Below, one piece after another: positions 44,026-51,469 of a stretch of 51,469 nt of DNA. The position numbers and the translations under genes are program-made. The notes below the pieces were generated by a model. The model was given only the letters and a program-made list of their open reading frames with translations, did no database searches and was not told where the DNA came from. The stretch's first letter is position 1. Each line of letters begins with the position of its first letter. The DNA comes from Parasporobacterium sp. (GTDB lineage Bacteria; Bacillota; Clostridia; Lachnospirales; Lachnospiraceae). Location of the stretch: NCBI GenBank assembly GCA_017515535.1, contig JAFWFQ010000031.1, forward strand, positions 1-51,469, written 5' to 3'.

Positions 44026-45417
44026 ATGCAGGACGACTTTAATAAAGATCCATTTGACGAAGAAAAGAAAAACGATCAATCGGACGAAAAACAGGATATC
44101 CCGAGATGGACTCCGTATGATGAGGAGTATAAAACTGTATCAAAACCGGAGAAAACGAAAAAACGATGGATCATTCCACTTGTGATCGTTCTTTCGCTTA
44201 TGGTGATCGGAATTGCAGTCGGACTTATTTTCGGAGCGAAAAGTTTAGAGAATATGGTCAAGGACTCCCAGACGCTTATAGAAGATACCCAGCCGGTCCA
44301 GACAGATGATCCGGCCGTGATCTCAACGACGGATACCAGCGCGATCAAGGAAACCACGAACGGAAAGATGGTTCTTACGGATGTTTCGGATGTTGTAGAG
44401 GAAGTCATGCCGGCAGTCGTATCGATCACATCAAGAACACTTGTGGAAAGCGGCGGATATAATGATTACTGGGATTTCTTCTTCGGAAACCGTCAGGGCA
44501 CAAGTGACGGGGAGACTCAGGAGGTTGACCAGGGTTATGGTTCAGGTACGATTATTTCCCAGAATTCGACAGAGCTTTTGATCCTGACCAGCTTTCATGT
44601 TGTTGACGGAAGTTCTTCTCTTTACGTTACCTTTACCGACGGAACCTCTGTAGACGGAAGTATCAAGTCCCAGAGTGATGCGGATGATATTGCGATCGTT
44701 TCCGTTCCGCTTGCGAATATTCCGGAAGAGACGATGAACAGTATCCGGATCGCGAACCTTTCCACAGAAGAAGCACAGGTCGGAGAAGGCGCGATCGTAA
44801 TCGGCAATGCAATGGGTTACGGCATGAGTGTTACGAGCGGAATCATAAGTGCGACAAACCGCCAGATCACGGTCAACGGAAAAACCCTTACAGTCATGCA
44901 GACAGATGCAGCGATCAACAGCGGAAATTCCGGAGGCTGTGTCCTCAATAAGAATGGAGAGGTCATCGGAATCAGCGAAGCAAAGATCGTTGTCAGCAAT
45001 GTTGAGGGTATGTGCTATGCGATCCCGGTTTCCTCGAATACAGAGTTGATCCAGACGCTTCTGAATCTGGAAGGCGAGGCGAACCCTTCGGGGAATGCGA
45101 ACGGGGAACACAGTGCGTACCTCGGGATCCGCGGACGTGATATTGACAGTATCTTAGCAGACAGCTACGGAATGCCAAGAGGAATCTATGTTGCGGGAAC
45201 GACCGCAGGCGGCGGTGCGGAAGCAGCCGGGATCTTAGAGGGCGATATCATCGTCGGAATGGACAATGTTTCCTTTACAACGATGAGCGAACTTCAGGAA
45301 CAGCTCTCAAGGCATGAGCCGGGAGATGTTGTAACGATCATCCTTATGCGTGAGGTTGACGGACGTTACAGCCAGACAAAGGTCGATGTTACACTGACAG
45401 GAGAAATCGCAAACTGA
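44026..45417 (+). CDS. HtrA/DegP-family serine protease with PDZ domain
   Basis: 463 aa with a TM anchor, a catalytic triad context (TSFHVV, DDIAIV, NSGNSGG) and a C-terminal PDZ (GGGAEAAGILEGDII). AGGAGG RBS. Confidence 0.85.
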   Translation: MQDDFNKDPFDEEKKNDQSDEKQDIPRWTPYDEEYKTVSKPEKTKKRWIIPLVIVLSLMVIGIAVGLIFGAKSLENMVKDSQTLIEDTQPVQTDDPAVISTTDTSAIKETTNGKMVLTDVSDVVEEVMPAVVSITSRTLVESGGYNDYWDFFFGNRQGTSDGETQEVDQGYGSGTIISQNSTELLILTSFHVVDGSSSLYVTFTDGTSVDGSIKSQSDADDIAIVSVPLANIPEETMNSIRIANLSTEEAQVGEGAIVIGNAMGYGMSVTSGIISATNRQITVNGKTLTVMQTDAAINSGNSGGCVLNKNGEVIGISEAKIVVSNVEGMCYAIPVSSNTELIQTLLNLEGEANPSGNANGEHSAYLGIRGRDIDSILADSYGMPRGIYVAGTTAGGGAEAAGILEGDIIVGMDNVSFTTMSELQEQLSRHEPGDVVTIILMREVDGRYSQTKVDVTLTGEIAN

Positions 45418-45458
45418 TTGCCGAAAAACAGGAGTCAGAGTTATAATTAAATGACAAT

Positions 45459-45490
45459 GGGAAACGTAGTTCTCTGCGTTTCCCTAATAT
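45459..45490 (+). terminator. weak stem-loop terminator candidate
   Basis: GGGAAACG (45459-45466) and CGTTTCCC (45477-45484) are followed by TAATATT; the U-tract is poor. Confidence 0.35.
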
Positions 45491-45513
45491 TAAATAAAAG
45501 TGAGAATTAACCA

Positions 45514-47112
45514 ATGACAGACGAAAGAGATTTTGAAGAAAAAGGAAACGATAACGACAGAGAAAATGTTTGTTATATGTGCCATAGGAGCGAGAGCAAA
45601 GCCGGACGTATGTTAAAGATGCCCGGAAATCTTCATGTATGTGTAGATTGTCTTCAGAAAACGCTCGATTCTTTTAGTAACGGCGGTCCGATGGACCTTT
45701 CGAGTCTCGGGCTTTCCGGGATACCGTTCATGGGCGGACCGTTTATGGGCGGCCCGATGGGCGGTCCGGAGGATGGGCCGATGGGCGGTCCGATGGATGG
45801 CCCTTACAGCGGGATCCAGGATCTTCCGGAAAATGAAAGACCGGAAGTCCTGCCGGGTGACGTCGTGAATGAGGATGGATCTCCGGCAGTAGAAACAGAA
45901 GAAAAACCGCAGGACGGACCGGCAGCGGACGGTCCGAAGAGAGGAATCCCGAATATCAGCTTTATTAATCTTGCAGATCTTCAGCAGGGATTCGGCCGGC
46001 GCCAGCAGGTCAAGAAAAAACCAAAAAGAACCGGTCCTTTGATCGATCCGGACAAGGTCCTGCCGCCGCATAAGTTAAAAGAAAAACTGGACGAGTATGT
46101 TGTCGGCCAGGAAAAAGCAAAGAAGGCGATCTCTGTTGCCGTTTATAACCATTACAAGCGTGTCATCGCGGGAGAAAAGCTGGATGCATCGGATGATGTC
46201 CAGATCGAAAAATCCAATCTTCTTATGATTGGACCGACCGGATGCGGAAAGACTTATATTGTCCAGACCCTGGCAAAGCTTCTTGACGTTCCGCTTGCGA
46301 TCACGGATGCAACCTCCCTGACAGAGGCAGGTTATATCGGAGATGATATTGAGAGCGTCCTTTCCAAGCTCCTTGCGGCTGCAGACAATGATGTCGAAAG
46401 GGCAGAGATCGGAATCGTCTTTATCGATGAGATCGATAAGATCGCGAAAAAGAACAGCAACCGCGGAAGGGATGTCAGCGGCGAGTCTGTACAGCAGGGA
46501 CTGTTAAAGCTTCTTGAAGGAAGCGAGGTCGAAGTCCCGGTCGGAGCCAGCAGTAAAAATGCTATGGTACCGCTTACAACGATCAATACAAAGAACATCC
46601 TCTTTATCTGCGGCGGTGCATTCCCTGAACTGGAAGATATTATCCGGGAAAGACTTAGAGAGAAGACCTCGATCGGGTTTAATGCCGACTTGAAAGATAA
46701 ATATGAAGAGGATGAAAATATTCTGGATCATGTGGAATCAGAAGACCTTCGGAAGTTCGGTATGATCCCTGAATTCCTTGGAAGACTGCCGATCGTTGTT
46801 ACGCTTCAGAGCCTTACCAGTGAGATGATGGTCGCTGTTTTGAAGGAGCCGAAGAACGCGATCCTGAAACAGTATCAAAAACTTCTGGAACTGGATGAAG
46901 TAAAGCTTGAGTTCGAAGATGATGCGCTTCTGGCGCTGACACAGAGAGCCGAAAAGCGGAAGATCGGAGCCAGAGGTTTAAGGTCGATCATTGAGGAGAT
47001 CATGCTGGATATCATGTATGAGATTCCAAAGGACGACAGTATCGGAACCGTAGTGATCACAAAGGATTATATCGAAAATAACGGGGCGCCGAGAATCGAA
47101 CTGAGAGGTTGA
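45514..47112 (+). CDS. clpX: ATP-dependent Clp protease ATP-binding subunit ClpX with ~125-aa low-complexity insert
   Basis: 532 aa. C4 zinc ribbon (CYMC...CVDC), Walker A GPTGCGKT, pore loop GYIG, IGF loop (TSIGFNA) and the DEYVVGQEKAKKAISVAVYNHYKR box. No clpP is adjacent. Confidence 0.9.
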   Translation: MTDERDFEEKGNDNDRENVCYMCHRSESKAGRMLKMPGNLHVCVDCLQKTLDSFSNGGPMDLSSLGLSGIPFMGGPFMGGPMGGPEDGPMGGPMDGPYSGIQDLPENERPEVLPGDVVNEDGSPAVETEEKPQDGPAADGPKRGIPNISFINLADLQQGFGRRQQVKKKPKRTGPLIDPDKVLPPHKLKEKLDEYVVGQEKAKKAISVAVYNHYKRVIAGEKLDASDDVQIEKSNLLMIGPTGCGKTYIVQTLAKLLDVPLAITDATSLTEAGYIGDDIESVLSKLLAAADNDVERAEIGIVFIDEIDKIAKKNSNRGRDVSGESVQQGLLKLLEGSEVEVPVGASSKNAMVPLTTINTKNILFICGGAFPELEDIIRERLREKTSIGFNADLKDKYEEDENILDHVESEDLRKFGMIPEFLGRLPIVVTLQSLTSEMMVAVLKEPKNAILKQYQKLLELDEVKLEFEDDALLALTQRAEKRKIGARGLRSIIEEIMLDIMYEIPKDDSIGTVVITKDYIENNGAPRIELRG

Positions 47113-47155
47113 CAAATAGAGCCGCCGCGTTGTAGAATACCCTTTGCGTGATTAA

Positions 47156-47229
47156 GTGCATTTAGCTCAGCTGGATAGAGCGTCTGGCTACGGACCAGAA
47201 GGTCGGGGGTTCGAATCCTCTAATGCACG
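47156..47229 (+). tRNA. tRNA-Arg (anticodon ACG)
   Basis: Hand-folded cloverleaf. Acceptor GTGCATT/AATGCAC, D arm GCTC..GAGC, anticodon stem TCTGG/CCAGA with loop CTACGGA, T arm GGGGG-TTCGAAT-CCTCT. 74 nt, no encoded CCA. Confidence 0.9.
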
Positions 47230-47236
47230 GAGAAGA

Positions 47237-47264
47237 GCCCTTCGGTTTCCGAAGGGCTTTTCTT
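47237..47264 (+). terminator. rho-independent terminator after tRNA-Arg
   Basis: GCCCTTCGG ttt CCGAAGGGC followed by TTTTCTT. Confidence 0.75.
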
Positions 47265-47299
47265 ATAGGTTTTAATCAGTATCAGAAAGAGAATTCAAT

Positions 47300-47914
47300 A
47301 TGACAAAAATAGAATTTTTATCGGTATTACGTGGACGTATCACCGGAAGTATTCCGACCAGCGAAGTCGAATCACAGATCGATTATTATTCTGCTTATAT
47401 CGACGGACGGATCGGTGCCGGCCTGACGGAGGAGGAAGCAGTCGATGAACTCGGCGATCCGCTCCTTATTGCAAAGACGGTCATAGAATCTACGGACCGC
47501 GCTGCAGAGGCTGCGGGGTATGATGGTCCTTACCGGAGCAGTACCGATACCTATGATGATTCAGACGGAGTCAATTCCGGGATCTTCGGAAACTCCGGAT
47601 CGAATACATACCGGAATCCATATCAGGGAAACAGCGCTTCCGAAACTGAGAGCGGACCGTATCGGGAAAATGCCGGATACGACCGTTCCGCGTACCAGAG
47701 GACGGAAGGTCAGGGAGAACAACAGAGGGCTTCTTCCGGCAGCAGTTTTGGCCGCATTATCGCGGTGATCATTCTTGTGATCGTAATGGCGATTGGATGG
47801 GTCCTGACAAGCTTTGTTTTCCGTATCGGCTTCCGTTTGCTTGGCTGGTTTTTCCCGCTTGTAGCAGTTGGCGGAATCATTGCGTTGATCATAAGTATGT
47901 CGAGGAGACGGTAA
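47300..47914 (+). CDS. DUF1700-like membrane-anchored protein
   Basis: 204 aa. The N-terminus MTKIEFLSVLRGRI...EEEAVDELGDPLLIAKTVI resembles DUF1700. It has a disordered Gly/Ser/Tyr/Asn-rich middle and a C-terminal TM pair. Confidence 0.6.
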   Translation: MTKIEFLSVLRGRITGSIPTSEVESQIDYYSAYIDGRIGAGLTEEEAVDELGDPLLIAKTVIESTDRAAEAAGYDGPYRSSTDTYDDSDGVNSGIFGNSGSNTYRNPYQGNSASETESGPYRENAGYDRSAYQRTEGQGEQQRASSGSSFGRIIAVIILVIVMAIGWVLTSFVFRIGFRLLGWFFPLVAVGGIIALIISMSRRR

Positions 47915-47925
47915 ATATATATGGT

Positions 47926-47953
47926 AAAAAGCCAGCTTAGAAGCCGGCTTTTT
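47926..47953. terminator. rho-independent terminator (A-run/T-run flanked)
   Basis: AAAAAGCCAGC ttagaa GCCGGCTTTTT with one mismatch in the stem. Confidence 0.6.
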
Positions 47954-48087
47954 GAGGGGAGTATAAATAAATAATAAGGGATTATAAGTGGACAGTATTG
48001 CCCACAACGTGAGTTTAACCTTTACCCCCAAAAAAAGCAACCTTTATTTAGGAAATCATAAATTCCATTTCTGTATAGCATTGTTTT

Positions 48088-49221
48088 ATGGATTTTGAAC
48101 TTGTCGCTCCATGCCATTTTGGACTTGAAGCAGTTCTGAAAAGAGAAATAATAAAACTTGGATTTGAGATCCTTCGCGTCGATGACGGCAGGGTCACATT
48201 TGCATCGGATGAGGCCGGAATTGCAAGAGCAAATATTTTTTTGAGAAGCTGCGAACGAATCCTTTTAAAAGTCGGACAGTTTGAAGCAACGACATTTGAC
48301 GAACTTTTTGAGAAGACAAAGGAGCTTTCCTGGGAACGTTTTTTACCGGCTGATGGAAAGTTCTGGGTAAAGAAAGCTTCTTCTGTAAATTCGAAATTAT
48401 TCAGTCCGTCGGATATTCAAAGGATCGTAAAAAAAGCAGCGGTTGAAAGCCTCAAGAAAACATATCATAAAGAATGGTTCGAGGAGAGCGGAGACGAATT
48501 TCCGATCCGTGTTTTTATCCAGAAGGACCAGGTACTGATCACAATTGATACATCCGGAGAGTCCCTGCATAAGAGAGGCTACCGGCGTATGGCTTCCGCA
48601 GCTCCGATCTCGGAAACGCTTGCGGCTGCTTTGATCATGCTGACGCCATGGAAAAAAGACAGGATCTTAGTTGATCCATTCTGCGGAAGCGGAACGATCC
48701 CGATCGAGGCGGCAATGATCGCTGCGAATATTGCGCCCGGAATCAACCGGGAATTCCTTTGCCAGGAATGGGACCATCTGATCCCGAAGAAAGCCTGGTA
48801 TGAGGCAATTGATGAAGCACATGATCTGATCGATCTGAATATTGAAACGGATATTCAAGGGTATGACATTGATGACCGTGTGATCAAAGTTGCGCGGCAT
48901 AATGCGCAGGAAGCAGGAGTCGGAGAGCTGATTCATTTTCAGAGAAGAGCGGTCAGTGAACTGAGCCATCCGAAAAAATACGGTTTTATTATTACGAATC
49001 CTCCTTATGGCGAAAGGCTGGAAAATGAGAAAACTCTGCCGGAACTTTACCGGGTTTTCGGACAGCGTTTCAGGGCACTGGATTCCTGGTCGGCGTTTAT
49101 TATCTCCGCCTATGAAGATACCCAGAAATACTTCGGGGGAAAAGCCACGAAAAACCGTAAGATCTATAACGGAATGATAAAAACATATTACTATCAATAT
49201 ATGGGACCGAAACCAAATTGA
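48088..49221 (+). CDS. THUMP-domain class I SAM-dependent RNA methyltransferase (RlmL/YpsC-like)
   Basis: 377 aa with N-terminal THUMP-like region, SAM pocket DPFCGSGT and catalytic ITNPPYGERL. Confidence 0.8.
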   Translation: MDFELVAPCHFGLEAVLKREIIKLGFEILRVDDGRVTFASDEAGIARANIFLRSCERILLKVGQFEATTFDELFEKTKELSWERFLPADGKFWVKKASSVNSKLFSPSDIQRIVKKAAVESLKKTYHKEWFEESGDEFPIRVFIQKDQVLITIDTSGESLHKRGYRRMASAAPISETLAAALIMLTPWKKDRILVDPFCGSGTIPIEAAMIAANIAPGINREFLCQEWDHLIPKKAWYEAIDEAHDLIDLNIETDIQGYDIDDRVIKVARHNAQEAGVGELIHFQRRAVSELSHPKKYGFIITNPPYGERLENEKTLPELYRVFGQRFRALDSWSAFIISAYEDTQKYFGGKATKNRKIYNGMIKTYYYQYMGPKPN

Positions 49222-50945
49222 AAAAGATATTTCTTTCCATCATCATAACGTTTATCGCAGGTATTGCCGTAGTCTTTGGAATCGGTTTTTTTAAAGAGCC
49301 GGATTATGTTACGAAGTCCCATTCTTCCGTAGAAGTAAACAGAACATGGAAAGTTGCCCTCTCACATTATGTGAATGAGACCGGACTTTCTCTGACGGTT
49401 GACGGAGAAGTTCTGGACAGCAAAACGAGCGGAGCTGCTTACATGAGCGAAGACATGGAATTAATGCTGGAAAAAGATGCAGTTACAGAGCTGTTTGATT
49501 GTGCTGTGAATCTTTATGATGGGGAGAACTTGACGATTTCCCGCGGAGAAACGGATATTCAGGTCGATGTCAATGATGCATCTTCGATGCAGATCAATGG
49601 TCAGAATGTAGAACTCGAACACTCTCCGGTGAAAACGGATTCAAAGGTTTTTATTCCTGCCGAGATCCTTACCGGAGGAATCTGTTTTTCCTATGACTGG
49701 GATAAAGATTCCCGCGTCGTTACCATGAATTGTCTTGAGCCGGACAAGCCTTGGCTTCCTTCCTATTACAATTACGCGGATATTGGAAAGATCAGCTTTG
49801 CGCGGGATCAGGGAAATCTCGGGACCTGCTGGGCATTTGCTGCGCTTTCTGCTTTGGAGAGCACATTGCTTCCGGAGGAGGATGATGATTTTTCAGAGGA
49901 CCATTTGATCCATAATAACGGGTTTGGACTGAATCTCGAAGATGGTGGAGATTATATCATGGCGCTCGCTTACCTTTCTTCCTGGAAAGGACCGGTCTTT
50001 GAGGAAGATGATCCTTATGGAGATGATGAAACGGATCCGACGCTGGAACCGGTGAAGCATATACAGGAAGTACAGATCGTAGAGAACAAGGACTATCAAA
50101 AGATCAAGGAAATGATCTATAAATACGGCGCTGTGGAAAGTTCGATCTATATCTCGCTTCTGGATGCGACAACGATCGATACGGAGTATTTTGATCCCTA
50201 TTTCAATTCCTATTGCTATCCGGATCAGGCCGTTCCAAACCATGAGATCATAATTATCGGCTGGGATGATAATTATCCTGCCTCGAATTTTACAAAACCC
50301 GTTTCGAAAGATGGTGCCTTTATCTGCAGAAACAGCTGGGGAAGTAATTTCGGAGATAATGGAATCTTTTATGTTTCTTATGAAGACTCCGTGATCGGAA
50401 GCGGCGGAGAAGTCTATACGGGGATCGAACCGACCTCTAATTATGACAATATTTATCAGTATGATCCGTGCGGATGGATCGGAAGGGTCGGCTATAATAA
50501 AAACCATGGCTATTTCGCAAATGTTTATACAGCAGAAGGAAATGAATCCCTTCAGGCGGTCAGCTTTTATGCGACCGGACCTTCGACTTCTTATAAAGTC
50601 TATGTTGTAACAGAAGTCGGACCGGATAATTCCGGAGTGATCTCCCTTAAGGGGATCAGCCCGTCGGCAGAGGGGAGCTTTAAGAACGCCGGTTATTATA
50701 CCGTGAAACTTCCTTCACCGGTCGATCTTAATGCAGGAGAAGACTATGCTGTTGTTGTAGAGATCGATACTCCGGGCAGTTCCCATCCGATCGCAATGGA
50801 GATCAATGCAGATGATATGAGGACCCAGCCTGTTGTTCTGGATGGGAAACGCAGCTATATCAGTAATTATGGTGATGTCTGGGAGAATACTCAGGCGTCT
50901 TCTCAGTGCAACGTCTGTCTTAAGGCATTTACGAATAACCGATAA
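49218..50945 (+). CDS. membrane-anchored papain-like (C1) cysteine peptidase
   Basis: 575 aa. The TTG start overlaps the upstream stop (TTGA). N-terminal TM, a stalk domain, catalytic Cys (DQGNLGTCWAFAALSALE), His (NHEIIIIGWDD), Asn/Trp (RNSWG) and a C-terminal beta-rich domain. Confidence 0.75.
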   Translation: MKKIFLSIIITFIAGIAVVFGIGFFKEPDYVTKSHSSVEVNRTWKVALSHYVNETGLSLTVDGEVLDSKTSGAAYMSEDMELMLEKDAVTELFDCAVNLYDGENLTISRGETDIQVDVNDASSMQINGQNVELEHSPVKTDSKVFIPAEILTGGICFSYDWDKDSRVVTMNCLEPDKPWLPSYYNYADIGKISFARDQGNLGTCWAFAALSALESTLLPEEDDDFSEDHLIHNNGFGLNLEDGGDYIMALAYLSSWKGPVFEEDDPYGDDETDPTLEPVKHIQEVQIVENKDYQKIKEMIYKYGAVESSIYISLLDATTIDTEYFDPYFNSYCYPDQAVPNHEIIIIGWDDNYPASNFTKPVSKDGAFICRNSWGSNFGDNGIFYVSYEDSVIGSGGEVYTGIEPTSNYDNIYQYDPCGWIGRVGYNKNHGYFANVYTAEGNESLQAVSFYATGPSTSYKVYVVTEVGPDNSGVISLKGISPSAEGSFKNAGYYTVKLPSPVDLNAGEDYAVVVEIDTPGSSHPIAMEINADDMRTQPVVLDGKRSYISNYGDVWENTQASSQCNVCLKAFTNNR

Positions 50946-50966
50946 CTCACAGGGGAGGTTCTGTCT

Positions 50967-51469
50967 ATGACTCAGATCATTATGGCAACCGGAAATATGA
51001 ATAAAGTCAGAGAGATCCGTCGGATGCTGAGGGGAACAAATCTTAGAGTGATTTCTTTAAAAGAAGCCGGGATCGAGGCAGAGATCGAAGAAAACGGTAC
51101 AACGTTTGAAGAGAATGCAGCGATCAAAGCCGAGACGATCCGGGATCTGACCGGAAAAATTGTTATGGCGGATGATTCAGGCCTGGAGATCGACGCGCTC
51201 GGAAAAGAGCCGGGGATTCATTCTTCCCGTTTTATGGGAGAGGATACCTCTTACACGATCAAGAACCAGGCAATCTTGGATCTTTTAAAAGATGTTCCGG
51301 AAGAAGAGAGGACCGCCAGATTTGTTTGTGCGGTAGCGATTGCCTATCCGGATGCTCCGACAATCACGTTCCGTGCAACGTTTGAAGGGCGGATCGCACA
51401 CGAGATCAAAGGGGAGAACGGATTTGGCTATGATCCGATCTTTTATGTTCCGGAAAAGGGAAAGACATC
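50967..51469 (+). CDS. rdgB: RdgB/HAM1-family XTP/dITP diphosphatase (3' end beyond window)
   Basis: Absent from the track because there is no stop in the window. GGGGAGG RBS then ATG at 50967. Translation MTQIIMATGNMNKVREI...VMADDSGLEIDAL...GFGYDPIF. Confidence 0.85.
   Translation, partial: MTQIIMATGNMNKVREIRRMLRGTNLRVISLKEAGIEAEIEENGTTFEENAAIKAETIRDLTGKIVMADDSGLEIDALGKEPGIHSSRFMGEDTSYTIKNQAILDLLKDVPEEERTARFVCAVAIAYPDAPTITFRATFEGRIAHEIKGENGFGYDPIFYVPEKGKT

Noticed and set aside
47156-47960. tRNA-Arg as an integration site for a genomic island.
   Set aside because: There is no integrase, no phage or plasmid genes, and I noticed no direct repeat of the tRNA 3' end downstream. The neighbouring genes are ordinary housekeeping types.
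1-51469. CRISPR arrays, IS elements or transposases, prophage remnants, toxin-antitoxin pairs or known defence-system genes.
   Set aside because: Scanning the ORF translations and intergenic regions, I saw no repeat-spacer arrays, no DDE/serine/tyrosine recombinase-like proteins, no terminal inverted repeats and no nuclease/ATPase defence-type gene pairs. The only HTH-XRE domain is the one fused to the ligase.

Overview
This is a 51.5-kb, densely coding chromosomal segment. Gene content looks like a Gram-positive anaerobe (Clostridia/Lachnospiraceae-like); that assignment is inference only. I saw no rRNA, CRISPR array, transposase, integrase or prophage genes.

Layout, left to right:
- **1-3907, minus strand:** a partial YbjQ-like gene, an FNT formate/nitrite channel, mnmA and a MATE exporter.
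- **4105-16058, plus strand:** glyA followed by an eight-gene purine block, purE-purF-purM-purN-(PurO-like IMP cyclohydrolase)-purH(AICARFT only)-purD-purL.
- **16300-21681:** a PucR-like regulator with ftsE-ftsX, an S41 C-terminal protease and a coiled-coil M23 peptidase.
- **about 21750-25500:** a small, compositionally different accessory patch. It holds an XRE-HTH fused in frame to an acyl-CoA/AMP ligase, a hotdog thioesterase, a convergent NTF2/SnoaL-like ORF and a decayed MFS transporter remnant.
- **25576-32033, minus strand:** a sugar-utilisation block with a frameshifted small lipoprotein, a GPH symporter, a cytoplasmic GH36 alpha-galactosidase and an 813-aa lipoprotein.
- **32211-43913:** an 11.7-kb translationally coupled cell-envelope glycan locus with GT2, GT4, GT2, DUF2304, two large polytopic GT-C-like proteins, a Wzx-type flippase, a tandem GT8 and an LCP ligase.
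- **44026-51469:** an HtrA-type protease, a ClpX with a long low-complexity insert, tRNA-Arg(ACG), a DUF1700-like membrane protein, a THUMP RNA methyltransferase, a membrane-anchored C1 cysteine peptidase and a partial rdgB.

Most worth a second look:
- The HTH-ligase fusion and its small module.
- A purF whose glutaminase catalytic residues, including the N-terminal Cys, appear substituted.
- A T9 homopolymer that disconnects a lipoprotein from its signal peptide.
- Two uncharacterised GT-C-like membrane proteins paired with two polyprenyl-phosphate-type GT2s.
- Strong GATC over-representation that drops to background in one ORF.

All functional calls rest on motif recognition by eye and recalled family knowledge. 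No database search was run.
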